A stretch of DNA of 63,981 bases, counting the filler, from Gonapodya sp. JEL0774 (taxonomy: Eukaryota): assembly GCA_027604505.1 (NCBI GenBank). It is 4 parts of 4 records of this genome, joined end to end, with 100 filler letters (N's around TTAATTAATTAA, not from the genome) between each part and the next. Parts side by side here need not be neighbours in the genome. Positions count along the whole stretch, not along the records: positions 48,840 to 63,981 come from JADIIX010000298.1; 3 more parts are not named here. One strand, written 5' to 3'. Shown in pieces: positions 49,295 through 62,729 of the stretch (its first letter is position 1; each line of letters opens with the position of its first letter). The notes below the pieces were generated by a model, which was given only the letters and a program-made list of their open reading frames with translations, was not told the origin of the DNA and ran no database searches. A program made the translations under genes and the position numbers.

Positions 49295-52011
49295 CTATCG
49301 ATCTTGATCTTCGGTGTCATTCGTCACAGGAATGTCGACTCCTGTATCTGACCACGCTTGCCAGCTGTCACCGCCTGCATGACCTATCATTTGGAGTGCG
49401 AAGTAAAAATCCGTGAGCTGTATACTCCAAGATCGGGCTTGTTCCTGTACGGTTTGGCGAACGTTTGGAGGATGCCTCACCTTGCCCCACTCCCATCCTT
49501 CCAATTCTCGCCCTAGCACCCTCTGCTCAAGACTCTGTAAGCGTCGCTCGACAGTTTCTTGGGTATCGTTCTTCGATGGGTGACATCGACGAATGTGACG
49601 GAAGGGTTGTCAGCGAATCTCCAACCAATGATCACGAAATGAATCATGCACGTTTTCTCACCTTAAAGACACTAATCCGAGTAGGTCTCGCGAGCTCGGG
49701 GAGGAGCAGCTTTACGTAGAAATGAACTTGCTGTGGTTCCGTCGACGCAGTGACTGGCTCCGTGCGTACGCTTTCTCGAGATTGAGCTCGTACTTCAGGG
49801 GGCGGCAAGTGCGGCGCCACTAATGCAGGCCTCGGAATGAGCTCCAGAGGAGAGGACACGATTGCTGATTGAGCTTGTAAAACGGGAGGCGGCAAGAGCG
49901 GTGGCATGCTTGCAGGCTTTGGAATGATGTTTTGTGGAGAGGACACGATTTGCCTTTGTTGGAAAATATGAGGCGGTCACAACGTCAGGAGGGAGCGTTG
50001 AGAAGCAGGCGCGCTCTGAATCGATCCACAAAGTGACTTACAGTGTTTCTGGCGAAGTGCTTGTAGCGACGGCTCCGGACTGCAGACGAGAGGCATCCTC
50101 CCACGCACTGCGGACGGGAAGAGGACCAGCTCTCGATACGGATCTTTCCATCATATTGCTCGATGATGAACGTGATAAGGAAGCGCGGGTAATGGACCGC
50201 GGAGTCGTAGGAGGCGAAACGTCTTTTCGAGCTAGATATGAAAGAAACGGATTAGAGTCGAATGCTCCCAAGCGAACTTGCGTGACGATTGGTAAACTTG
50301 TCGAGTTGGGACAACTCACCGACGGAAGCAGCTTTCTCGCTCGCCTCTCGCAAGACATTTGCTTCCACCAGAGTGGCCACTTCAGCCGCTTGCTTCTCGT
50401 TTGCGGTTCGCAAATCACTCTTTTCGGAATTCAACCTGGCGACCTCCTCCGAAAGTCTGGCCACCTTGTGCGCCAGTCTCGTGTTGTCTTCTTCCAGATC
50501 TGAATTGATGTCGCGGGACTGTCGGAGCTGGGCGGAGATGTCGGAGACGCTTTCTTCGAGATGGTGGATGCGGCGGTCGAGCTTGTCATATGCAGCTTGC
50601 TTGGACTGCACCTGTACATTAAGTTCTTGGATAGTTTCCTCTGAGTGCTCTCGCTCTTGTTGAAGGATCTGGATATGATGTATATTGAACTTGGATCAAA
50701 ACTACGATGTACATGGCGCTGTCTTCTCGGGAAAACTCACCGCCTTTAGTCTCTCAACCTCGTTTTCTATCTCGCTCTTCTGATACTGGAGATCCAGAAC
50801 CACCTTGCTTTGTCTGTCGATCTCGCGATACATGGTGTTGAACTCGTTTGTGTACTTTCCCAAACGCGTGTTCTGTTGGCAATTCATTTTGTTGAAAAGC
50901 ACACACTAGCGACGGTGGATTTCCCAATAAACAGCTCACTTGCTCAGTTGCAATGTTTCCAAGAGATTCCATGCCCTTGACGAGTGTTTTCCATATGTCG
51001 AGGAGTTGATCGTTACTGTGGCTTATCTCGCGTACTTGCCCACTGATCCGCAACAACCGATCGTCCGCGTATGTCTCGACAAAATCATCATATTCGGCGG
51101 TTGCAATAATCTCATTGTAGTTACTCGTTGCGCCCAGTCTTTCCGCGATATTCTGCCGTTGTGTGGAGTTCGCTGAATATTCTGCTTCCGTGAGCCTTCG
51201 AGACAGATCAGCCACCCGCCCTTGAAGCTCGACCACTTTCTCTGAATCTCCGTTCTCTTGAAAGAGTTTTAGATTCAATATCTGCTGCTCGAGTTCCTTT
51301 ACCTTGCTCGCTGCCAGGGTGCTCTCAAGGGCTCCCTCCTGAACCAACAGGACTTCCCCACGTAACCTATGGGATTCCTCTTCCAAGCGATTGTTCTCGA
51401 CTATTAAGTCGGAGTTGATTTGCTCCAGTGCGGCGACCTCTTTGTTCACGTTGTTTGCATCGACGTCGCCCGGGACCGATGCTTTATCTTCAATCGCCTC
51501 CCCCACTCCGTTCTCGTCGAATTTCCGCCTCACGATACGCTTCTTCAAGCTAGAAACTTCTTGGTTCTTGCTCTCGAGCTCTTTTATTGCCCTTCCCAAC
51601 TCGGCCTTCATTTTCCGCAACTCCAGCTGGGTATCGATGTCCACGTTCGACTGAGTGAGCTCTTGGTTTCGAGTAGCTTCGAGGGATTTCCGAAGCTCTG
51701 AAATGGTTCTTGCGTCCCGTCGATGCTGGTCAAGTGCCGATTTCAGCATGGCAGGAAGTCTCGAGAGGGTGACGTCATTGACCTTGTCCGCGTCAGTCTG
51801 AGGAGAAGAATGTTCACCATCTTGTAAGCAGAGTTTTTTTTCGACACATTTGAAGGATTGAGTGAGATTTAGATCAATAAGGTAACAGGGCAAATGAGAT
51901 TTCGACTGAGAGGGAATAGAGCACAACAGGGATCAATCCATACTCACCAGAGGCATTATTGTTCGCTGTCGTAGGCACATCTCCGGTTTCCCCTGGTCTC
52001 TCTTGGCTCAT
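49295..52011 (-). CDS. Long coiled-coil protein (multi-exon)
   Basis: Several E/L/K/Q heptad-rich ORFs bounded by GT-AG sites; ATG at 52011; 3' end uncertain. Confidence 0.65.
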
Positions 52012-52250
52012 AGAAATGACTCGCTGATCTGTTGACTCTCAGATGATAAAAGAGTTCGAGGTGTCATTGTGAAGTGAGTTTTTTGTGCAGTCATGGCCCG
52101 AAAGCAAGGAGACCATTCAAAACGTCGACATATCATGATTTCAATACAATGTAACCATCTTCGAATATTATACGAATATCAGCTGGGTATATCATTTATC
52201 GTTCATAGTTGTCATTCGATCCAATCTGAAAAAAGGTCTCCCGATCCTCG

Positions 52251-54648
52251 TTAGTAGTTCCTCCCCCGATCCAGATCACCGATTTCTTCGTTCTCATTCT
52301 CCATGTTCCTCAAACGTGAGTAACCCGCCATTCCCGTACTGAACAATCCGAATGGACCGCTCCCTCCATATTGCGGCCCCGTAGAACCACCGGATGCAAC
52401 CAACGATTCCTTCCTCTCTATGATAGCCTCGTACTTGCCAATGCCGATTCGAGATAGTGAGGGACTCGGTGGGGCGATGTACCGAGCAACTCCAGTGGCT
52501 GATCCTGTCAGTACATCAGATTTACTCACTGGATCAACGTGCGACGAATCCGCCCGGCTCCTTTTCTTTTTTTGAGCACATTCCAGATCCCCGCCTGTGT
52601 TCCGGATATCCACCCACCACATGAACAAGGCGAACATGGCACCCATAGCTCCGCAGGTAGCAAACATGTGCTCCACAAGAGTAAAGGTGGGGTCCATGGT
52701 CACAAGGCGGGCCACCAATAGGGGAAAGAGAGTAAGCGTGGCGTTAAGAAGAGACGTGGCGAGCCCACTGAGAGTTGTCAGGAATGAGACTGTGGAGGCG
52801 AGTTCTGCTGAACGGAGCAACATCCAAATCAACTCACAAAGCAGTTCCTACCCCTTTCTTAGAAACAACAATAGGCACACACGCCCATACGGTAATCAAC
52901 AGACAATATGCCATCCCCAATACCACAAGAACTGGTATGGGGCTGCTCATCCAACTGTCCGCTCCCGCGCTAGAAGCTGGAACCGGCACACTAGCTAGGA
53001 CCAGGTGAACACTCGAAATCACAAGACCACATAGAACGAGGAGTTCGGCACGGTGTCCAACGGTATCGACGAGGAGACCTGCGGGAGCTGCGAGGAGGGC
53101 AGAGATTGTGTCAGGAATACCCATGACTTGACCAGCTGATGTTGCAAAGAGATCGAGTTGATATGACCTTTGGTCAAGAAATGTTACCTCAAAAACCTGT
53201 TTGGGCTCACCTCTGGATGGATCGTCCGGAAACCACTTCAAACGCAGAAAACTCGCGTGGATGTTGTTGAACGGTGACACTGTCGCATAGCACAACACCA
53301 TTACGCAACACAAAAGCCAAAAAGTGGTTGGAAAATTGAAAATCTCGGAGAGACGGACCGAGTCGTCGGCAGGTATGCTCAGGGTTGAGGTTGCAACAGA
53401 GAGTGTGGAATTTTGGGCGAGTACAGAGCGAGGAAGACGGGAATTCGAGACTACTGCAGAGAGAATGGGCGCAGTTGAGTGATGCTTAAGTTCTGTTGGT
53501 GTAGTGGGTGCAGGTTCTTGCGATGGTTTCGTGGCGTCTTCGCCCATCATGCTGCCGGCACTGACATCGTAGAAGCTCGTCTTCTTTGAGACGCCATTTG
53601 ACCGTGAGGATCTACGCAAGCCTCCAATAATTGGCGTACTTCCTCGTCGACCGGACATCGACAAGGTTGACGGTGTTTTGTTCGTACTCCCCTGCGACGT
53701 TTCAAGAAACGCTGACGCTGGACGATCGGCATACAAGCTTCCGGGTGTGGATGCTGTGATAAAGCTTTCATCCGTTCCTTCCAACAACGCTGACGAACCA
53801 TTTTGAAGCTCTACCAGTAGGGGGCGAGTAACGTGCTCATCCTGAGGATCATCGCCGTTTTCCTCGTCTGACATGTCCACCCACGCCAATCCACACGCAC
53901 ACGCAAATGAAATGCCCACCGTCAAAGACCCAACCCACACAGCACCGGGTACAGACCAGCGTAACGCAACCCACGGACTCACAACATCGTTGACAACGCT
54001 TCCCAGTCTACCAATACTGAGGTTGAGACCCAAAGCAAATGCGACTTCTTTGCCGGAAAAATGCCTACTTATCAAACTAGTTTGCGCGACCGACAAAGTC
54101 TCGCCACCAAGTCCGAACAACGTCCTTCCTGTTAACATCCACGTAATGTCCTTGGCTGACACACCAACTGAAAACACACACTGTCCAATAAACATGACGG
54201 CGCTGAGCACGATGATGAGTCGGGTGTTTCCAAATATGTCAATGAGCGGACCCCCGACAAGAGGAAGTACGATATTGGGGAACGAGTACACAGAATAGAG
54301 CATGTTGATGAAGTACTGGTGAAATTCGTCTGAGAAACCAAAGTAGGCTTGAAGAGAGGGCGAAAGCGGGGCTGGTAGATCGTAGGCGAAGTAGCTGCAT
54401 GTCGTTCAATATCATTCAATTTGACGAAGGATGGAACTAACACTCCTGATCGTCGCGCCATCCACCGTTCCCCTCGGGGTTCATCATTGATAAAATCAAT
54501 CATCGCGATTTTCCACGCTACTCTCACCAGCTTCCGCACTTTTGTACTGTATTACCTACTTTGAGAATAGTAAAGTAGACGCCAAAATGAGTACCCCCCA
54601 TCGAGCGAAGGGTGTGGCCGATGGAAGACCTCGCGAGCGCTCGCTCAT
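52251..54648 (-). CDS. MFS transporter, MFSD1-like
   Basis: RWGVLILASTLLFSNYFAYDLPAPL, LYSVYSFPNIVLPLVGGPLIDIFG, GRTLFGLGGE, FALGLNLSIGRLGSVVND, WACVPIVV...GTA. Confidence 0.9.
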
Positions 54649-55038
54649 CGTGTTGAGTCAAGCGACGAAGGCGTGGCGGCGAGCTGGAAGTGGGCCACTT
54701 CCGTAGGAATCGCGATCGTGTGGCCAGTTGCGCGCGGCGCACTATGTACCCCGCCTTGCAGACCCTCAATAATATAATTTTGACTTGCTAACACGGAGAG
54801 ATGGTGTTTCAACATTATAGCGAACATAAATTCAACACCTATTTACTGGCATTTGAACTTTGACCGTGTAGAATGAGGTTGTAAAGGAACTATAAACGGT
54901 TGCCTCTCCAGTCCGCGTTAAAAGCTTTCAGTAAGCATGCTAGCAATCAGAGCATCTCCCAGAGTCATTCCTAAAGAGCATGATGCTTCCTATGCATTGA
55001 CTGGTTGGTGCTTAACACCGCGACATCTGCTTGAAAGC

Positions 55039-56531
55039 TCAGATTCCCAATTTGGGAGTGTCCACCTTGCAAGAAATCGCGACGATGGCAAAGTGGATGC
55101 GGTGGCACTGTGGTACCACGTTGGTGTGGTAGTCAGCACTGCCCTGCTGGCGTGCAATCGGTTTCAAAAGCCACTGCCATGACCACCAAACACTGGCGCC
55201 ACGAATTCGCTCATCCTTAAGCAAATCACTCCCTGTCTCGCTCAGCTCAATGTGATTTGACTCAAGCAAACCTGCCGCAATCTTCCGTGCACTTGGATCA
55301 ACAGCAAAAAATGCAATCGAGTTCAGGATACCTCCTGCCATCAAGAATTGCTCTGCAAAGCCGAAAACAGAAATGCGAAGATGTGTGAGACTGTCTTTGA
55401 TGTCGATAGAAGCTCATGAAAAGAAGAATCAGATGTTGTGCTCACCTCCCACAACACCACCAACGCGACCTCCAAACAAATTTGTGAGCACACTACAAGT
55501 AGCGCACAATGCAAGGATAAAGGGATACTGCTCGCGAAGGCGAACGAATAAAAACATACTTGCATAAATGTGGCGCTGCAACATATTCGGAGAAGCTCTG
55601 CGCATTTAGATATTATTATCTCACCAGTATTAATCGTCGTGAGAGAACTTCATGATCCTCTTGCATTGTATGTGCTACTCCGCCCAGAACAGACGACGGC
55701 AGTCTGAGAGATTCGGAGAGCGTTTGTCGTGATAACAATGACCAGACCGTGGTCACAACCAGAATTGTGGTGATGAGTACAAAAGCTCCGCCTGCGGAGT
55801 ACATGACGACAGCGTGCCATCCAAGTTGGTCTCTAAACCAACAAGCGCCATCACGATTACTGGGGCCAGTGCTACACGCAGAGTTTGCAGAACATTAAAA
55901 TCCAATAACATCAGCCGACGAGAGGTGGACATACCCGTTTAGAGTGAGTGCTCCAAACAGCACGGCTACCGCAAACGGCAAGGCAAGAACCACAGTTTGC
56001 AAAGTTCCGGAGGCGCGCATTCCGAGCACCAGAGATGCGAAGAGTAGTCCGCAAATGCAAGTCAGCGACATGTACTCTCCAGCAAGACAAAACATAGTTC
56101 CAAACACGGATACTCTGATATTATGGACGTTGTTCCCACTTCAGTTCGCTTGAGTTTAGTCACGAACACAGAGAATCTCACGACTCACTGGCAGGTCACG
56201 GCGAAAGGTGACACAAAGTACACAGCATAGAAGAAGTGTGATGACACAAAGTTGAAACAGAATACCAATATAATCAGTTTGTGGATGGGATGTTGGATAA
56301 CGGGAAGCTTCGCTCTGCGATCAAGTCGGAAGAGATTCAGCTGGTCACACAACTCTGTTCTGTCAGGAAGTCTCACAGGAACGCAGCCAAGTAAAAAAGC
56401 AGGACTGACAAATCGCCGATGTTGGTGAGTATGAACATTGGAATCATCCAGAGTCGGCGAGTATTTCGAGGAACAGAGTTCGGGTGCTCATCCAACGCGT
56501 CCATTCCATCGAACGAGGCCTCCTCTGACAT
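55039..56531 (-). CDS. 7-TM GPCR-like protein, cAMP-receptor-like class (copy 1)
   Basis: Six-exon model with hydrophobic helices, GACWF, RRLIL|YPFILALC and GILNSIAF. Confidence 0.75.
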
Positions 56532-56994
56532 ATTCTGAAACATCAAGCAAAAATCTTTCGATCGCTGGATTCTTTTGTTTTTGCCTGTGATGCGTTGCGG
56601 AGGAAAAGTTGTGCCTCATTTCCGGAAAGGGACCAAGCAGCTCGGCGATGGGGTCTCACCATGTGTCCCCCTCATTATTGGCGGATACTGTATTGGCGAT
56701 TGAAACCCCCATCGTTGAAGATCACGACTGCAGCTTTCGTGCTGAGTGAGATCCCAGTGCCTATGACGAAGTTACTGGGCTGGCGATAATCGCAATTATA
56801 ACAAAAATTCATTGACATTGACGGCATGAAAGTTTTGCACCTTTCTCAGCACAAATTTACATTTACAGTAAGGTATGAAAGTTTTGCGGAATTCTGCATC
56901 ATGGGCCAATGTTGCTGATTCGGCAAGGTGTGCCGGTCGCACGGGCGGTGTCATGCGCAGCTGCAAGATTGTGTCCACCTTTTTCTCCTGGTAG

Positions 56995-58404
56995 TCATTG
57001 TCCTGCGATCAGCTTGAACAGCCAGCGCCACTTCCAAGAATGTTTAGCGCGAAGTTGATCGTCCTTGCCCATACCGCCTCGGGCATTGTTCAGCTCATCA
57101 TCACTTGCCAGTTCGAGAAAGCCCGCTGCGATCTTCCGGGCGCTTGGGTCTGCAATGAAGAATGCCATAGAGTTCAGGAAGCCTCCGGCCATCAAGAATT
57201 GCTCTAAGCGGTTTGTGGGACGGGAGTTGTCACATTGTCATCTATCATCATGGTATCAGAACGGAAGTACTGCATGCACCCACCACCCACAACCCCACCG
57301 ACACGACCTCCAAGAACACTAGAAAGAACGCTACATGCGGCACAAAATGCAAGAATGATAGGATACTACGTGTGTTGGTGTTGAAGAGGGGTCGAGAAGC
57401 CAAAGGACATTGCATTAAGATCACCTCTCTTGCCAAGGAACAGGCATGCCGCATGTCCGTATTTCGAGAACGGTAAACTCACCAAAATCAATCGCCGTGA
57501 GAGCACTTGATGATCCTCGTGCATCGTGTTTGCTACTCCACCTAGTACGGACGACGGCATTCGCAGTGACTCGGTATTGCCCATCTCGCGAGATCGTAAT
57601 GATACCACTATGCTTCCAACCAGAGCGGAGGTGCTGAATATGAAAGCCCCAACACCGCAGTACATAGCAATCGCATGCCATCCAAGCTGATCCTTGAACC
57701 AGCAAGCGCCATCACGGCTACTTGGGCCCGTTCTATTGGTGGAACCAAACTTCCAATTTGCTCTCATAATACTTCCCTAAACGATTCATCAACTTACCCG
57801 TTCATAGTCAGCATTCCGAAAACTAGCGCTACCAGGAATGGTAAGACAAGTACAGCTTTCTGCGAGTTGCCCGATGCACGAATTCCAAGGACGAGAGATG
57901 CGAAGAGGAGGCCGCAGATGCAAGTCAGAGCCATGTATTCCCCAGCAAGACAAAACATAAGGCCGAACACAGATACTCTAAAAAATGATCATCAGACTAC
58001 GTGAGGCGACCTGTTGTGGTATGTAAAGTTGGATACTTACTGACAGTTCACGCTTACTGCTGTCACAAAAAATGAAGAAAACAAAAAGGCTGAACCCAGG
58101 AGATTGAACGCGAAAACCAATGCGATGAGTTTGTGCATAGGATGCTGGATGACTGGCAGCTTCGCTCTGTGTATCGGAGGGGTTGGCAGCCAATATGAAC
58201 GAAGAGTATAAAGTCTGCACTTTCGACACGATCTCACCGAAACGCGATCAAATAGAAAAGCAGCACCGACAAATCACCAAGGCTGGATAGCGCAAACACC
58301 GGAATGATCCAAATCGCCCGTAAGCGGCGGGGAAATGCGTTCGGGTAGTCATCCACTATCGGCTCCCCTGCTCCGATGATCGGCGAAGAATCTCCCAAGA
58401 CCAT
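56995..58404 (-). CDS. 7-TM GPCR-like protein, cAMP-receptor-like class (copy 2)
   Basis: Paralogue of 55039-56531 with matching intron positions; GACWF, RRLIL|YPIILAFC and GFLNSMAF. Confidence 0.75.
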
Positions 58405-59618
58405 GTTGAAGGGTAGTAAAGCTTGTTAGCCCTTGACGTAAATCGTCTCGATTTATCATTTTGATAATTTCGCATAGGGTCCCATGGGACACGGGAAGGA
58501 CAAAGGGTCCGTGAAAAAGTTTTTGACTTTTGAGGGACTGCGGTGACTTCTGTCATAATGCGGCAGTGGTACCTTCTGTGTGCGGCACCAAATGCGATGT
58601 GTCTGTCGGAATCGTCTGAACTCAGACATGTTTCTCAAAAATCTGTATTTGTTCCGTTGGCTGTCAAATTTACGAATTGCCGCGCTCTATCCCCTCCAGA
58701 AGAGAGAAAAAAAAATATACACAAGGAGTTGCTTCAAAGACTCTTCGAATACCCGGATGATTTTGTGTACCCAGGTACGTCGACCCCCATTGTTAATCCG
58801 CTCCATGTGCAGAGCCCATCCCACCGCAACGGCGGTGCACCAACGCATCAACTCACACCGAATGACGGGTATTAATTAAATTCGTTCAGCGATTTTGAGA
58901 GCGAACTGCATCATCCGGAATACCAATTAGCATTACATGGTCGAGGAAGCGTCGACAAGGACATTCAATGACGCCCCTGAAGGAATGATTCCTTTATGTT
59001 TGTTCCTGATTGGCTCGAGCTAAGAGTCTATTTTCCGGCTGGCGCGGCTTGGGTATCATTCTTTTGGCGTGCGATGAGGAGAATATCAGATTCTTCTGAG
59101 AGAAAATGGCCAGAGGAGCCTCTTCTAAACCCTTCATTGTCTTGAGTTTCACAAATTGAGACACATGATCATTCGTTGAATCCGCTCATTGCTCCTCCGA
59201 CACAACGTCAACCCAGTCACACTCGTGCCAAAGTCACTCGCCCCACACATTAGCGCATCAACCATCTCGCACTCCCACTATCTGGGATCAACCGTTACCG
59301 GCGAGTCAACCATCAAGCAGGCGGAGACAGAAGTGCACATTGCGTGCCTGCTGAGCAGGGCAGAGTGATAGGAAGCGAAGGAAGTGATTCGGCTATATCG
59401 GGGATTTGTCGTGCTCGCGAGAATCAAGAATTGTCGTCATCGCCCAGTTGCACCGGAGTTCACCGTGCTCTGAGGCTCGCGATAAGATCAATGTGTTTCG
59501 AAACGAGGTCTTGTGAGTTGTGCAATTGATAATTTGTACGCACGGGTGCACGGAGGGGAAAACAAAAACTCGTCCACTCCTCTCTCCTCAGCCGTTCGTT
59601 TCCATCGACGAATCAATC

Positions 59619-61050
59619 ATGCCCAAATCTAAGCGCCAAAAAGTCGGTGAGTTCTGAGAGTGGATCTGCAGCTAAATCTCGACTGTTCAATTGCTGTTCT
59701 GGCAACTGATATCATTGCTGTACGTTTCGCCTCTTTAGTCGCACTTACCAAGACGGACAAACGGGTGACTCGAGCGGCCAAGGAGCAGCTCGTTGAGAAG
59801 GTATGCTCCCCTCTTTCCTTTCATCTCGCCATCGCCTTCTTTGGACCTCAGCTCTTCATCGTTGTGATTAGGTCCAACAGAACCTCGATGCACACCGTTT
59901 CCTGTGGATCTATTCTGTAGATAACATGCGAAATGCATATCTGAAAGACATCCGGGCTGAATGGAAGACGCGGGGCAGGTGGGTTCGGGGCTTGAATTGG
60001 TTTCAAAGTTTCTTTTCCCAGGAAACCGAACCATTCGTTCTGTCCTTAACACTCTCGGTAGATTCTTTTGGGGACGTAATCGGGTCATGGCAAAGGCATT
60101 AGGGGAATCCCCCGAATCTGAGCATGCCCAAAATACCAACGAGATTGCCCAGGTGAGTTTACCAACCACACAGCCTTTTCATTCTGGAACGAGGATCCTG
60201 GAACACGGAATCGCACTCCTCGAAACATAAATACCACAACATAGCATTCGACTCCGACAGGTCGCAAGACCATGACGAAGCATCGCGTTCCCGTTGTGAA
60301 AATCAATCTTGACCCCAAGGCTCACACTTCATCGAGCTGGACGGGTTGAGGCTCTAAAACAGCCCCAAGAGCGAAAGCGTTGATTGGGGCTTACCTGGGC
60401 GCCTCCACATGCTCGTTGAGCTTCATTAGACGTTGTGTTTAGTCTTTTCATATCTACCTCGTTCATTTCCTGTGTTCTTCGCTCGCCGAGGAACACCGGA
60501 ACTCTTACCTTTTGAAAAAGACTGAAGTGACCAATTGGTCGTATGCTGAGAACATCATCTCTTTGTTTACTTCCAAAAGCGCCTGCAAGGGAATGTTGGT
60601 CTCCTTTTCACAAACGAACCTACCGAAACTGTCATCCAGTGAGTCTTTCTTGTTTCCTGTCCGTATTCGAATAACAACAGCATCATGAACCTGCACAATC
60701 ACTCGTCTAGATATTTTTCCACTTTCACTCGCACCGATTACATCCGCTCCCCGACACCCGCATCACGAACCGTAGTTCTCCCTCCAGGCCCCTTGGTCCG
60801 CGGCCCTCTCTCCCTCCCCATTCCCTCCAATTTAGAAGCGCACCTTCGCAAACTCGGGATGCCTACCCGACTCGTCAACGGCCAGGTGGTACTCGATCGC
60901 GAGTACACAGTGTGCACAGAGGGTGAGCCCGTGACACCAGAGGGTGCGCAGGTTCTACAACAAATGTGGTTGATGGAAGCTGAGTTCAAGGTTAGGCTCG
61001 TGTGCTGCTGGGACAAGGACACGGGGAGGGTGGAAGATGTGTCAGCGTGA
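59619..61050 (+). CDS. MRT4: Ribosome assembly factor Mrt4
   Basis: MPKSKRQKV|VALTKTDK...|...VDNMRNAYLKDIRAEWK...RFFWGRNRVMAKALG...|RLQGNVGLLFTN...|...LEAHLRKLGMPTRL...YTVCTEG. Confidence 0.95.
60260..60532 (+). ncRNA. Candidate box C/D-like snoRNA in MRT4 intron 60153-60579
   Basis: C-like ATGACGA at 60272-60278, D box CTGA at 60522-60525, possible terminal stem GGTCGC/GTGACC and internal hairpins; target not identified. Confidence 0.4.
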
Positions 61051-61180
61051 GAACCAGTTGAGATGATTCGGAGGTGTCTCGTGNNNNNNNNNNNNNNNNN
61101 NNNNNNNNNNNNNNNNNNNNNNNNNNNNNNNNNNNNNNNNNNNNNNNNNNNNNNNNNNNNNNNNNNNNNNNNNNNNNNNN

Positions 61181-62623
61181 ACCATTTTGTCCCTCAAAGA
61201 CCTCCCGGCATCCTCCGCTCTCTCCCATGCACCTTTCACTGGCAGAGCTATCAGATCGTCGCCTTCCGGAAGGTCACCATTTCCAGCGGTTCGGTAGTCA
61301 GCAGTGTGCGGGTAAAAGCCACAGTGGTGGTCCCGCAGAGCTTCCTCAAGGATAAACGAGGAGTAGCATGAATAGCAGTGGTATGGGTAGATACTAGAAT
61401 TAGGGATTGGGTTCATTGTGAAGACACGGACAAGGTCGAGGCGATGGTGCTACGGACGGTGACCAAGGTGCGATTGCTTGGAGATGAAAACAAACACATG
61501 GATACTTCGCGAAACTCTCTAGGTTCTAGAGCTCACCTCCATATGGTGATACCATTGTCCAACGGTTAGGGAGATTCCCTGCCTTTGCTCCTCGAAGATG
61601 TCGACATCCTCATGCACGCCTTCTAGTTCACAACCACTGCCCCCCAATGACGATTTCACCACATCACCACTAGCAGCCGTTCGATTGAAATTTGTTTTAC
61701 GTGATCGCGCCCGCTCACATGTCCAACATGTGCGGGTTCGCAGAGAGCACTCGTGAGGATCGTTGAGATGGTGGAGAAGTTCTGCGTGGGTGTCGAATGG
61801 AAAGCACCGGGTGACGACGTAGTCATTGAGATCGTCGGGGAGCACGGGATGGCCCCGTGGACTGCAGAGGAAGTATGTGGACCATCGTGCGACCTTCAAT
61901 AACAGTGGTGAATCGACCAACTCACAACGACCTTTGAACGACTTTGCCAGCCAGTTCCCTTAGAGTCAAGGGTTTGTTAGCTGGTGTACGCAGCTCCTCT
62001 GGGCAGCCCACAGGACAGAAAAATCGTTTCCTGTTCGCACAGACTTGAGTTCTGTGTTGAGTTGTACATGTGATCGTTCGGGTCCGATTTGGAGGGGAGA
62101 GATCCCATGTACGACATGAAAATGGCACCCAATAGGTCTTAATACCATCGAATCTCCATTGAGAAATGGATCTCAGCTCACAAATGATCTTCCCACTCGT
62201 CTGTGCCAACACGAGCACCACAACTGCAAGTTGTAAGGAAGGATTGGGAGCGCTTTTCCGCAGAGAGGCCGCCAAGGGACCCTGAAATATAAGTAAAGAC
62301 GTCGAATATTCATCCAAGATTTGTGAACCGAGATCTTACTGAAGATGCGGAGACCTACAGAGCTCGGTGTCCACCCATTCATCGGTGGCATCTGCGTGAG
62401 ATCCACTGGGAGTCTGTCCCGGGAGCCTCGCTCGATGTCGGACACTGACGTCAACTTGGAGACCAATCATCGCTGGCTTCCGGCGTCCTCTTGTCGGTAC
62501 CTGAGGAAAAGAACCGTGATCGATTTCTGACGGACCTGTGCTGTGCCTGTGGTCACTTTGGCACTTTTCAACAGACTCACAGGCACGGGGTGCATGTTCT
62601 GAAAAGTTATGATATTTTTGCAT
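61181..62623 (-). CDS. Uncharacterised protein with Cys/His clusters (3' end in gap)
   Basis: Minus-strand exons with FFCPVGC, FDTHAELLHHLNDPHEC...CWTC and YHCYSCYSSFILEEALRDHHC (zinc-finger-like). Confidence 0.4.
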
Positions 62624-62729
62624 TGGAAGCCATTTTGTACAAATTCAAAAAAAAAACATGGTATGGTGAAGTATGAGCATGGATAGAGTCAGGTTGGAGT
62701 AATGTCAAGGCGAAGTCGCAGAGGAATGT

